A DNA stretch of 63,139 nucleotides, counting the filler, from Octopus bimaculoides (lineage: Eukaryota): NCBI RefSeq assembly GCF_001194135.2. It is 8 parts of 8 records of this genome, joined end to end, with 100 filler letters (N's around TTAATTAATTAA, not from the genome) between each part and the next. Parts side by side here need not be neighbours in the genome. Positions count along the whole stretch, not along the records: positions 37,036 to 39,497 come from NC_069003.1; positions 39,598 to 41,893 come from NW_026356140.1; positions 41,994 to 44,720 come from NC_069009.1; positions 44,821 to 56,621 come from NC_068981.1; 4 more parts are not named here. One strand, written 5' to 3'. The notes beneath the pieces were generated by a model, which was not told the origin of the DNA, did no database searches, and worked only from the letters and a program-made list of their open reading frames with translations. Within the stretch, counting starts at the first letter, position 1. Every line of letters begins with the position of its first letter. Positions 37,985 through 50,666 of the stretch are shown in pieces. The position numbers and the translations under genes were made by a program.

Positions 37985-37995
<11 letters not shown>
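37686..37995 (+). mobile_element. tRNA-derived SINE with V-SINE-like core
   Basis: tRNA-like head ggaggcatatggtttagtggttagagcagcagactcgcagtc...gggtttgagtc; core cctgcaatggactggcatcccgtccagg; (AAC)n tail; related copy at ~10530-10790(-). Confidence 0.6.
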
Positions 37996-38034
<39 letters not shown>

Positions 38035-38072
<38 letters not shown>

Positions 38073-38150
38073 GTAGATAGGTAGATAGATAGGTAAGTAG
38101 GTAGGTAGGTAGGTAGGTAGGTAGGTAGGTAGGTTGGTAGGTAGGTAGTT
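38035..38150. repeat. Compound (ATAG)n/(GTAG)n microsatellite
   Basis: Direct reading. Confidence 0.95.
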
Positions 38151-38779
38151 AAATATGCAGATAGACAGAGACAGACAGACATGTATATACAAAGATAGAT
38201 AGATTGATAAACAGAGAGCCAGACAGATAGATACACAGACAGATATAAAGACAGATGATAGTGTGAGAGAGAGAAAGAGCAAGAGCAAGAATGAGAAAGA
38301 GAGAGGGAGAGAAAGAGAGAGAGGGAGAGAAGGAGAGAAAAAGAGAGACAGAAGTTTAAAGGTAAAACAGAAAATTTTTCACTGCAGCAAAAAAGAGAGA
38401 AAAAAATGTATATGTCTATGCGTATATATGTTCATAAGTTTAAATAATTAACAAATTTTATGTCAGAACAGCATAGGACGACAGAGAAGGGTTGTATCAC
38501 AGATGTATATGTGAAAAGGGTTGGTGTGTGACAGGTTCCAGTGACCTGGAATTTAATGTGATTTGAAATCTGTGTGAGTGTATGTGTGTGTGTGTGTGTG
38601 TGTATGTTTGTATAGTTATGTATGTATATGTATGTTTTTACGTATGAATATATGCTTGTGTTTATGTATGTGTGTATTTATGTATGAATATATGCTTGTG
38701 TTTAAGTATGTGTGCGTATGTTTATGTGTGAGTTTATGTGTGTGCTTATGTGTGTATATGTGTTTACGAGTGTATATAG

Positions 38780-38925
38780 GTGCAGGAGTGGCTGTGTGGT
38801 AAGAAGTTCTAGGTTCAGTCCCACTGCGTGGCACCTTGGGCAAGTGTCTTCTACTATGGCCTCAGGCTGACCAAAGACTTGCGAGTGGATTTGGTAGACA
38901 GAAATTGAAAGAAGCCCGTCGTGTA
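38780..38925 (+). mobile_element. tRNA-derived SINE, family B
   Basis: gcaggagtggctgtgtggtaag...ggttcagtcccactgcgtggcaccttgggcaagtgtcttctacta...gaaagaagcccgtc followed by (AT/GT)n; other copies near 3262-3400, 13710-13870(-), 37505-37660(-), 56340-56490 and 58372-58527. Confidence 0.8.
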
Positions 38926-39497
38926 TATATGTATGTATGTGTGCATGTGTATGCGTGTGTATATATATATATATATATATATATGCATGTATGTAATGTA
39001 TATAGGTGTATGTATGTATGTATGCATGCATATGTATATGTATGTACATATATTCGTATGAATGTATGTATGTATGCACATGTATGCACGTGTGCATTTG
39101 TGTACATGTTTATGTATGTGTTCTACAACATGTTGGACAGTGTTTACATGAAAGTTTTTACTGAAAGTTTGTCATGTAGCATCATTAAGGGCTATAGACA
39201 ACATGGACAGACCCCGAAATCCCACTACACTAGAAGCTGCCCTCACCCTAACCTGGAACCCTAACCCCTCTGGGAGCTTTCTCTGCCCATCCACCCTCCT
39301 CACCATCTCTGTTGCTATAAGACCCTCCCCCCACCACTGCTAATATTATAGCCATCACCACCACCACCACCTCCACCATCATCATTATTTTACCCAGTGG
39401 GAGGGTGTGTGTGTGTGGGGGGGCTTCTAATAAATATCTCCCATCACCAATGCCATCACCAGAAAAAAAAAAGAAGAGGGAAAATGGTATCACTACT

Positions 39498-39597
39498 NNN
39501 NNNNNNNNNNNNNNNNNNNNNNNNNNNNNNNNNNNNNNNNNTTAATTAATTAANNNNNNNNNNNNNNNNNNNNNNNNNNNNNNNNNNNNNNNNNNNN
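39498..39597. other. Artificial join spacer 3
   Basis: N44 + TTAATTAATTAA (39542-39553) + N44. Confidence 0.95.
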
Positions 39598-40706
39598 TTT
39601 TAGCTAGGTTGACTCTAAGGCCCTTCAATTCTAGACCTTGCTTCCATGATTATAATTGCATGTAGCTGTATGGCTTTGGCATAGGTTGAAAATGGAGTAA
39701 TTTATGATGTCCTTCATAATAGGTGTCTGTTCCATTGCATCTAATTTCTTTCAATATAAACAACCATTTTCCAACTGCCAAACACATTGGTCAGTTTTCT
39801 TTTATCTCTAGTATGGGTGGGACAGCACCACAAGAGTCGGCCAGGCCGAAGCCTGCACTAAACTTTTGCAAAAGTTTTGGCAAGATTTTTATAGCTGGAT
39901 GCCCTTCCGAACACCAACCACTTTACAATGTGGACTGGGTGCTTTTAAGTAGCACCTGCACTGACAGGGTCACCAAGTACTTGCAAGAAAAACACTTTTA
40001 AGAGGGGAGGAGGCATAGGGAGAGGTGATGATGAAAAGGTTATAGTGAGACAGACATAGGGGTCTTACTGAAGAGGAAGTATAATGTTACATGGCCGGAG
40101 AGAGAAAAGGAATGAAGACAGAAGCAGTTGTGCTGCTGCAAAGAAAATACATGGTTGCCCATCCTGAGGGAAGTGCAGGAGGAGAGAGAGAGAAAGAGTG
40201 GGAAAGCACAGGATGGAGATGGTGGCAAAAAGCTGGGCATGCTCACAAGGAACAGGGATCAGAGTATAAATGAGAAGGTTGAGTAAAGGAAGAGAGAGAG
40301 TAAGTGATGAAAGACTTGGGTATGTATAGATTTGGAGGGGCTACTGGATAGCAATGATACAGAGGTGTGAGGAGAGGATTGGAGTGTGAGAGCGAGGCAT
40401 AGTGAATGGAGGAGGAAATGCCAGAAAGAGAAGAGATGTAAAATGGTTTGTTGGGGTGGGGCGAGGGAAAAGTTTTCTTTATTTCTAAAATAAAGATACG
40501 GCTCACTCCATGCTTTGATGGTTGTTTATAAAAGATTGAGTTATTTCAAGTTAATGAATTGTGGTTAGTAAGTTGTCTTGTCATTGCGAGGGTGAAATAT
40601 GGTTCTGCTAGTTTGGTTTGGATTTGTCACTGATAGACAAATAAACAGTTAAAATTCTTAGTATTTGTTTTAAAGAAATTGTATGAAACTATTTGAAAAT
40701 CTTTGA

Positions 40707-40892
<186 letters not shown>

Positions 40893-41051
40893 TAGGAAAT
40901 CTACAAAATAAAAAAAAAAAAAAGATTCTTCATTCTCAGTTATTGTCTATAGTTGTCTTTCTGCAAGTTTGGATAAAGGAATTTCACTGTTGTATATACA
41001 AGTGTATGCATATGAAACCAAGTGTGTTTACACAAACATGAACGTGCGCAT

Positions 41052-41089
<38 letters not shown>

Positions 41090-41713
41090 TAACTACTAAT
41101 CAAAAAAGTCTGTATTTACAATTACATCCAGACATATTTAATGTGGTTGTGGAAACAAACATTAACCAGTGATAAGTGTATGCACTTATATTTGCATAAC
41201 TTCATATACATATATATATATATATGGTGTGTGTGTGCCTATATATTATAGACAAATACATACATTTCTGTTTACTCATGAACAACTTGTGTGTGTTAGC
41301 ACACACACACACACACACTCACACACACACACCGTATATGTTTTTTCCCCTCCCTTCAGACTAAATGTCTTTAGGTGTTCCTTGTCTGAATTTAGTTAGT
41401 TTAGTTACTGTTGTTGTTGACTGTGGCCAGGGATAAAAGAACTGTAGAAGAGCGGTGGGTGGGGTTGCACAATGCTCCACCACTCTGAACAGCATCACTT
41501 TCCATATATATTGATATCTGTGTAAGACAAGAAATAGTTTTATTGATTATCCATGTTTTAACATTTGTTTGATGCAATTGTTAGCACGGGCTTTCTCACA
41601 CCCCACTGTCTCTAGTCTGGCAGCCTCACCTCGCACCCAACACAACATACTATCCCATACTTCACTTGAGGCATATATTTTGGATGGTGTGCATTTCTCT
41701 CCCTCTCCCTCTC

Positions 41714-41765
<52 letters not shown>

Positions 41766-41893
41766 ATGTGTGTAATTGTATATGTGTGGTTGTGCTGTAT
41801 GCATGTTTGTATATGAGGATATATTAGAGTGCATAATTTATATATATGTTTGTGTGTGTGTACACACTCACACACACACACACACACACACAC

Positions 41894-41993
41894 NNNNNNN
41901 NNNNNNNNNNNNNNNNNNNNNNNNNNNNNNNNNNNNNTTAATTAATTAANNNNNNNNNNNNNNNNNNNNNNNNNNNNNNNNNNNNNNNNNNNN
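41894..41993. other. Artificial join spacer 4
   Basis: N44 + TTAATTAATTAA (41938-41949) + N44. Confidence 0.95.
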
Positions 41994-42096
41994 ACATATA
42001 TATGTATATATATATATATATATGCACATATATATATATATATACATATATATGTATATATATATATATATATGCACATATATATATATATACATA

Positions 42097-42152
<56 letters not shown>

Positions 42153-42190
42153 TATGGATATAGATATATGTACATATATAGATATACATA
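41994..42190. repeat. (AT)n-rich compound microsatellite
   Basis: Direct reading; many similar (AT)n/(AC)n tracts flank the N gaps. Confidence 0.95.
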
Positions 42191-42622
42191 TATACACACA
42201 TATAGATAATATATCCTGCTGTCTACCAGACCAATTACCTGTCCTCACCCCCCCCCCCCCGGATTTTTAGTTGGCTCCCCACTTGTGTTGCAAAGAGCTC
42301 ACAGCACCTGAGAACAAACCCCTTTCATTGCCCTTCTCCACCCTAATTAACAGGTACGACAAGCAACGGAAAATTTTGTGCTCTTTTTTCACTGCTGTAC
42401 CTGAGGACACACCTTGTCCCCTATCCTAGCTACACCTTCAGGTTCCAACTAACTTCTGCTGTCTGGCTGAATAGCTACATCTGTCTGCTTGGTGTCCAAT
42501 GTCGTCTGTGTGTCCTTCCTGTCCCCGTGTCCTCTACTGTCCAGCTGACGTACCTTTCCGCTTGGTCTGCTCTCCAGAGATGTTTACGTCTGTGTGCCCA
42601 ATCATATACATTGACAACAACG

Positions 42623-42662
<40 letters not shown>

Positions 42663-42842
42663 TGTACGTGTATATGTGTATGTATATATGTATGCATGTA
42701 TATGTATGTGTATATATATGTACCCATGTATATATGTATGCATGTGTATATATATGTTTATGCATGTGTTTGTGTGTGTGTGTATATATGTATACATGTG
42801 TATATATATATATATATGCGTGTGCATGTGTTTGTGTGTGTA

Positions 42843-42894
<52 letters not shown>

Positions 42895-43692
42895 TTTATA
42901 TTCAGGTTAGCACATCCTGAATGGATACAAGGGTATCACGCCAAGTGACCTCATCCTGCATCAACACCAGAGTACCCCCACTCCACTCCACTCCACTCCA
43001 AAACATAAACCCACATAACTGTACCCTCCCTCTATCACCACAACCAACCGATCCCCCCTTCTCATCCTCACTACCCTGTAATTCCCCACCTCTCGTTCTC
43101 TGGTCGTCATCNNNNNNNNNNNNNNNNNNNNNNNNNNNNNNNNNNNNNNNNNNNNNNNNNNNNNNNNNNNNNNNNNNNNNNNNNNNNNNNNNNNNNNNNN
43201 NNNNNNNNNNNNNNNNNNNNNNNNNNNNNNNNNNNNNNNNNNNNNNNNNNNNNNNNNNNNNNNNNNNNNNNNNNNNNNNNNNNNNNNNNNNNNNNNNNNN
43301 NNNNNNNNNNNNNNNNNNNNNNNNNNNNNNNNNNNNNNNNNNNNNNNNNNNNNNNNNNNNNNNNNNNNNNNNNNNNNNNNNNNNNNNNNNNNNNNNNNNN
43401 NNNNNNNNNNNNNNNNNNNNNNNNNNNNNNNNNNNNNNNNNNNNNNNNNNNNNNNNNNNNNNNNNNNNNNNNNNNNNNNNNNNNNNNNNNNNNNNNNNNN
43501 NNNNNNNNNNNNNNNNNNNNNNNNNNNNNNNNNNNNNNNNNNNNNNNNNNNNNNNNNNNNNNNNNNNNNNNNNNNNNNNNNNNNNNNNNNNNNNNNNNNN
43601 NNNNNNNNNNNNNNNNNNNNNNNNNNNNNNNNNNNNNNNNNNNNNNNNNNNNNNNNNNNNNNNNNNNNNNNNNNNNNNNNNNNNNNNNNNNN

Positions 43693-43768
43693 CTTACAGC
43701 TGTTTCTGGGAAGATCCAGTACAATGATGAAGGGAAGTACTGGATCTTCCCAGAAACAGCTGTAAGAC
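43693..43768. repeat. Perfect 30-bp inverted repeat containing a 5'-truncated hammerhead motif
   Basis: 43693-43722 is the exact reverse complement of 43737-43766; + strand reads UGAUGA-a-GGGAAG-loop-CUUCCC-a-GAAA-CAGCUG-UA-AGAC. Confidence 0.75.
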
Positions 43769-44683
43769 TCTATCCATAAAATTCTTCAACCTTACCTTTG
43801 CTCTCTTTATCTTTTTGTTTTTATATATTTACATATGTATATATATATATGTATATATATATATATGGTCATCATTATCATTGTATTAATGTCCACTTTT
43901 GTACGTTTACATGGGTCAGTTGATGTTTTATTTCTCCCCCTTGGCCTGTTGCCCTTCCTGTCGCTAACCCTCCCCCCTCCTGTGTCCAGCCAACCTAATA
44001 TTTAACCCCTGATTGATCCAAGTCTTCTCAGTGAAAAACGAGTCAAAGGCTAAAACAGCTGGGTCTCAGGTGGATTTGTAACCGTCTGTAAAAGACTTTG
44101 GTATACACAACCACTTAGATTTTCATACGATGAATATGTCAATCAGTTAATCAAATCACTCAACGGTCATCGTTGGAACTGTTGGATATCACCATTTTTT
44201 TATTCGATATCTGCTTTTCTATGCTTGCATGGGTTGTACAGAAGTTGTTACCGAGGCAAATTTTCCTGCAGCTGGATGCCTTCCCTGTCATCAACCTTTC
44301 ACCTGTTTGCAAACCAGGTATTATTCCCTCGTGTCTCTACATGCCCTCGCAGAATATTGGAAACGAATGACAGTGGCACTTGTTTACAACTATCGTGCTG
44401 TACCAAGACAAGGACGTGCAAACACACACACACACACACACATACACACACATACACACACACACACATACACACACAGTATATATACATGTGTATATTA
44501 ACAGACCACTTAGTGGTCTCTTTTATATATACATGTACTATAATCCTTTTAGGATCTCAGAAAATTGTGTCTGAACCTTCAGATTGTTTTAATGTGCTGG
44601 TTTCCTGGTATTAAATTGATATTAATTAATATCAAATTTTTACCCTATTATGTTAATTAATCATATATATATATACATATATA

Positions 44684-44720
<37 letters not shown>

Positions 44721-44820
44721 NNNNNNNNNNNNNNNNNNNNNNNNNNNNNNNNNNNNNNNNNNNNTTAATTAATTAANNNNNNNNNNNNNNNNNNNNNNNN
44801 NNNNNNNNNNNNNNNNNNNN
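44721..44820. other. Artificial join spacer 5
   Basis: N44 + TTAATTAATTAA (44765-44776) + N44. Confidence 0.95.
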
Positions 44821-44856
<36 letters not shown>

Positions 44857-45793
44857 CATATAAAGATTCACAATTATAGATTAATATAGGCATACCCATA
44901 CATACATACATTCTTATGGACATATACATATGCACATATATGTACATGTATATTATTTTTCTTTTCTCCATTGATTCATTATAACAATCCCGAGAGAGTT
45001 TAGCTATTTTGTGACTGAGTAAGCTAGTGTCGCTTATTTGGAGAAATGGTGTTAAAAAATTAACAAATGTACCTGTGATATCTCTAAAGTGGGTGTGTGT
45101 ATATTAGGGAGCTAGGGTGCCAGAAAGAGGCCTCCCAGTATAGAGGGCCCACTCCTGCCATTGCATGAGGGTTCCTCATATGAAGGATGCCCACAGTAAC
45201 TGCCCTTTTTGCTCCTCTACATTTTTATGTACGTAACCATGAATTCCTTTCTATGCTTGCGTTGGGGGAAATTGCTTTTTTTTTAATAGTTGCTTTTACA
45301 GTTAAATATCATACCTCTTGCTTATTAGCAATCATCAACTGGGAGTAAGCGACTAATTTTTGTTTAACCAGGCAAAATAGATCTAGCAGGTTTAGATGCC
45401 TTTCTCAGTGACTTACTTGTTGAAGTTTATAAACATGTAATCAGTAATTCTCTACTTCACCTCATAGCCATCAGTTATATATGTGCATGTGTATATTTGT
45501 CTTTCTCTCTTTTTCAAGAAACTACATATGCCAACAGTTTAACACAAACATTCAAATTCCCTGTATAATCAAGATTATATGAAATTCATCTGAATGTCCA
45601 GTATGTTTATATATGTAGAAGTTAGTCCTCCCTTAATCTGCAACTGGAACATGTTTCAGTTTTGTTGATATTTCTTTAAGTTTTACAAACATTGATATTG
45701 CAAAGCATTTCAATATATATTAGCTGTTTCCTTTGTCCGGACTGTAAAAAAGAGCTAATTTTTTCAAAGCTACAAGGGTTTTTATATGTAGTT

Positions 45794-48700
45794 TTTTATA
45801 TCCTGGTGTTGGATATATAATTTAATGACACAGGGGGAAAGAAGTTTTCACACAGTGCAATCCAATTACTGTTAAAGATTAAACACTCTCCACCAACGGC
45901 AGTCCTTCTGTGTCACAGTCCATTGTTGGCCAATATACATAACTTCTCATTAATGATTTCCTTCTTGAAATTCTTTGGTGACCAATGTGAAATTCCTTTA
46001 GTAATCGCTTCTGTAATGTGGCTGGCACTATGACTCTTTGTGCGTACATCAACACATCAAACATTGAGAATGGTTTCGCATTTGTGTTACATACATTTTT
46101 ATCTCTTTTAGCCTTCAGTATTTCCTTCATTTTTTTAAATGAATTTATTGTTTCCCGATTTTAATTTTATGTCTTGTAATGTGACTGGAAGTTCATGTGT
46201 GACATTACACAAAGCATTTTTAATTTCATTTTCCGCTCACAACACAGCAATCACAGTATCTTCAAATGGTTCGACATTTTTTGAAATCAGTTTTGATAAA
46301 TGATCAGTGTGTCCTAATTTCTTAGATGGTATATACTCCATCTTAAAATCATAATTAAATACTATAGTACCCAAACATTGCAACCTATTAGCAATATTGG
46401 TAGGGATTCCTTTTTTTAACCCATACAGAGATAATAACAGACAATGATAAGTCTGCAGTCGAAAACTTCTACTATGCAAAAATCTATGAAACTTTTTTGT
46501 GACAAAATAATTGCTAGAGCCTTCATGTTACCATCTTTATGTAGCATTACTGCTCCTATACCGTACTCAGGCATCTGAATCTCCACTGTTGGATCAAAGT
46601 GTGCTAACAACAAATCAGATGTTAATATTTTTTTAATTTTAGCGAACACCTAACAATTTTCAGACCAATTCCACTTCACATCTTTTTGTAGTAGATTATT
46701 TAGTGGAACCCTTACCTTATGCATATTTGGAATATAATTTTGCTAATAATTTTCCAGTCCCCAAAAAACTTGCGAGGTTGCTATATTTGTTGGAGTGGGT
46801 ATATTTTTAATTGTGTCTACCCTCAACGGATCTGGTTGACATCCATTTCTGTCAATGATTTCTCCTAAATATTTCATTTTCAGTAAGAAAAAAATCACTT
46901 TTCTTCACTCAAAGTAAAGCTGTAATCCCTAATTTTTTAAAACAAATTTTACATGCTCTGTGTATTGGTCCCGGGATTATCTTTTTATGAGTATATCATC
47001 CAAATATGAAATTGTGAATTCACAGTCCACTAACATTGCATTCATAATTTGTTGAAAAATCGCTGGGGCAACTTTTCAGCCAAATGATAACCTGTTGTAT
47101 TTCTATAGTCCTTTATGGGTGTTAATTGTTAGGTATTTAGAGCATTCATCATATTTTTAAAATTAAGAACACAAATATAAAGTTACAGTTGGATATAGGT
47201 AGTGATATTTTGATAATTAACACAGATACATGGAAAAAAATTGGGAGGCCTACATTAAAAGAAACTTCAAAAATTGCATGTGGTGTTTTTGGAAAAAAAT
47301 TACATTTTATGGTTGAAATGATAAGTGACATTACATTTTGTGGAAAAACCTTTAAAGCCAAAGTTTTTGTGTTGAATAATATGACAAATTTATTAAGAAC
47401 AGACTGGATGGAACTATTTAACTTATGAGATCCCACTATAAATCTTTTCTGTAAAAATATGACCAGTTTTTCTGCCAGTACAAATAAGTCATCAGACAAA
47501 TTAAAAAATGATTTTAAATGATTTTTCCTCAGATTCTCTCTGATGCAGGTCTGTGCACTAAAACAAAGGGGAAGATTCAAGCAAAAGCAAATACAACACG
47601 GGTATTTAAACCAAAACAAACTGTACCTTTCACAACATTAGAAGAGTTAAATTTAGAGAGACTAGGAAAGATTGGAGTTATCCCAAAAGTAGAATATAGT
47701 CAATTGGCATCACCAACTGCATACATTAAGAAAAAGAATAATAAAATCAGAGTGTGTGCTGGTTTTTCCACTGGTTTAAACGAATGTCTTAAAATGTTCC
47801 ACTATTTGCTACCTACTCTGGAGGACATATTTACAAAATTAATCGGTGGCAAAATATTTTCTAGATTGGATCTTTCTGACATGTACCTACAAATTAGAGT
47901 AGATGATGTGTTATTAATTTTTACATATGCAAATTTCCTTTGAGACTTGTTCGTATTTCTTGTCACTGATAACCTGTTTATGTGATTTTTTCCTTTTGAA
48001 CTTTTTGTTAGGTTTTGTTTCACAGTGTGATTTTTTATGACCTATTTCACCACACTTGAAGCATTCTATGTTTTTAAACGGACAGTTACTTCTAAAATGT
48101 AGACCACTGCACCCATAACATTCAATATTCACATTTTTTTCTCTCTTTTTGTATCTGTTACTGCCGATTGACACACATGAATATGAGAGCAATCTTTTTC
48201 TTCAATTTCATCTGCACCATGTCTTCGATTTATAATCCTCTCACACTCTTTTACTACTACCTATAGAGTTAATTTTTGGTCCTGTTCTAATTTTGTTAAC
48301 ATCTGGGAATGTATAGCTGCATCTTGAACAAAAATTAGACGTTTGAACATGTCCAGGGTTAATTCATTTAATTTGAGTAACAACTCTAGCATAGGTGATG
48401 AAAGCTTCATCATTTTTTTAACCTGCCAGTGAGTATTGAACATGGAACTTCTTTCACTGAAAATTTTCAATAAAAAATTGTTTCATCGAAACAAATCTCA
48501 CTTGGTTTCTTTAGCAGAATTTAGTTACTATATTTTTCGTGTTCAGCAGGGGATAACTCTCTTAAAAGTCCTTTTTTTCTCATCAGACCAATCTTTACAT
48601 TCTTCTTTGAAAACTTCTTCATATCTTCAAAAATATGCAGAGAAAGTAATCTGTTCTTCTGGATTATAATTGAATTCTTCAATTGAGTTTGCTACTGTCT

Positions 48701-49073
48701 GGCGAGTACAAACCTCAAGTATTTCCAAACTTCTTCAATATTGATTCCAGCAACTGTTGGTTTTGTTATTGTTGTTGCTGTTGTAGTTTCAATTGCACCA
48801 TGGAGGCCAATTAACCCTCCATGTTAAAACTATTTTTTTCTTTCTAAAGATTAAAGACTTTTATATCCTGGTGTTGGATATATAATTTTATGAAGCAGGG
48901 GAAAAAGAAGTATTTACACAATGCAATACAATTACTATTATATGAGATTAAATGCTCTCTGCCGACATCTCACAATGAACTGCTTATCCAGAACTGCTGA
49001 CTGTTCTTTATTTTATAGCAATGTGTCAGTCCACTTTTAGTCACATGGGGGTGGTCAGAATCCTTCCACAACA
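45794..49073 (-). mobile_element. Decayed Ty3/Gypsy LTR retrotransposon with internally inverted PR-RT segment
   Basis: Minus strand: LTR 48872-49073 (TGTTG...CAACA), gag with CCHC knuckle (CFKCGEIGHKKSHC), RT-RNaseH (YLDDIL, LLAHFDP, ANRLQ), integrase zinc domain (RVIVPATLQKRLLKEFHIGH); protease (LQLDIGSD) and RT N-terminus (FSRLDLSDMYLQI) lie on + at ~47160-47910. Confidence 0.88.
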
Positions 49074-50666
49074 TTATTCTGGATAGCACTCTAGTTTATC
49101 AATAGGTAGATTTTCCCAGATGCAGAATTATATTTACCTGCCAAATCTAAAATTAACTCACAGCTTACAGCAAAGAATTAGTATATTTTAGAACTAGTAC
49201 TATCTATTTAGATCTAAGTGGGCTCAGCAATCATGACTTAAATGTCTTGACAATGAATACAACACAGTAATCATGGTTATATACAGCTAGTCTTTTAATT
49301 ACTTGACTAGTAACCTAATATATCAACCATCTGTTTTATAGACCTACTTAGGTTATCTGTATATATGGAACAGATCTACATTGTTTAATGTAACCAAAAT
49401 ACTGTTCATTGGTTTGTGGTATTTTGTTCATTTGATATTTTTTTACAGGTTTGGTTTTATCAAACTGGTAAAAAAAAATGTAGTTATTGTATGACTTGAG
49501 AGGTGGACATAACATGGATAATGAGAGGAAGGGAGACAAGTGAGACAGTAGTAGTAGAAAACAGCGAGATTAAGCAGTATATGTGGGCGAGATGTTGCTT
49601 TTTAGCCCTGGTCACCTCTAATCAAGAAAACCTATGAAAAGAGGTATTCCAACTATGGTTATCCCATCTTCTTATGTTCAAAGAATTCAAGATTACATTA
49701 ATCAATATATTTGTTCCTAAAATGATAGGGTATGTTTTGAGAAAAATTTATCTACCGTTTCTTGTAGGTCAAAGAATCATATAGAGGCTCACTTGTTAGC
49801 TCAGGGGCTAAAGATTAAAGTATGTTGGTGAATGAGTTCATGCCAATCAGCCAGATGGCATTTATTTTGGATGTGGTCTAAGGTGTATGTGGAGTAGAAA
49901 CACCTTACTAGTTGTAGGAGTATTTCTCCATCATGGTTATCGCATGAGCTTTGTTGAATATTAATAGTTATTGGGTGCTTAAGTAATTTATGACTCTGAA
50001 AAGAGGGCCAGAATTTGTGATGCAGTCTTTGGTTTTGTTGGGCATGTGTATTTTTCAGGAGTGATCTTCATTGATGGTAAGGCCTAGCATTTGTAAGCTT
50101 TGAAACTACCTTCATCAAGTTGCTATAAAAGCAGGTAATAATTTTACCCTGTACTTATTCTTAGTGAAAGTTTTGAAGAGTGCAGTTCGATTTCAACAGT
50201 TATTTTTTCAAAGCTACAATGGAAGTGACAAAGGAGTATATTTGGCATATTTTGCTTTATGGGTTCAATAAAGACAACAACACGATGGAAAGTGTGAGGA
50301 ATATTAATGCAGTATATGGGGATCGGACAATATGCATAAGCCTGTCTCAACTGTGGTTCCAGAAATTAGAGGAGGAGCCACATCCTGGAAGATCTGTAGA
50401 GCTCAACAAGGATGTTCTGCAAACCCTGGTGGAACAAAATCCCATCATAACTGTTGAGGAACTAGCAGAGAAGCTTGGATTTGGTCATTAAGCCAGTCAT
50501 TCAAGTCAACACTAGAAGAAAAACGACCGTCTTTGGTTTCAAAACGAAAGGTGTTCTTCCATCAGGATAATGCTTAGCCACATAGAGCAAGGATGACATT
50601 CTAAAGGCTGGAGCAGTTTGAATGGGAAACATTACCCCAGTCTTCAAAATTTGGATGGAAAAATAT

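Noticed and set aside
41938-42948. YI/HT/CV-repeat ORFs and poly-I/N/H/L ORFs throughout the window
   Set aside because: Translations of (AT)n, (AC)n, (AAT)n and (CAT)n microsatellites
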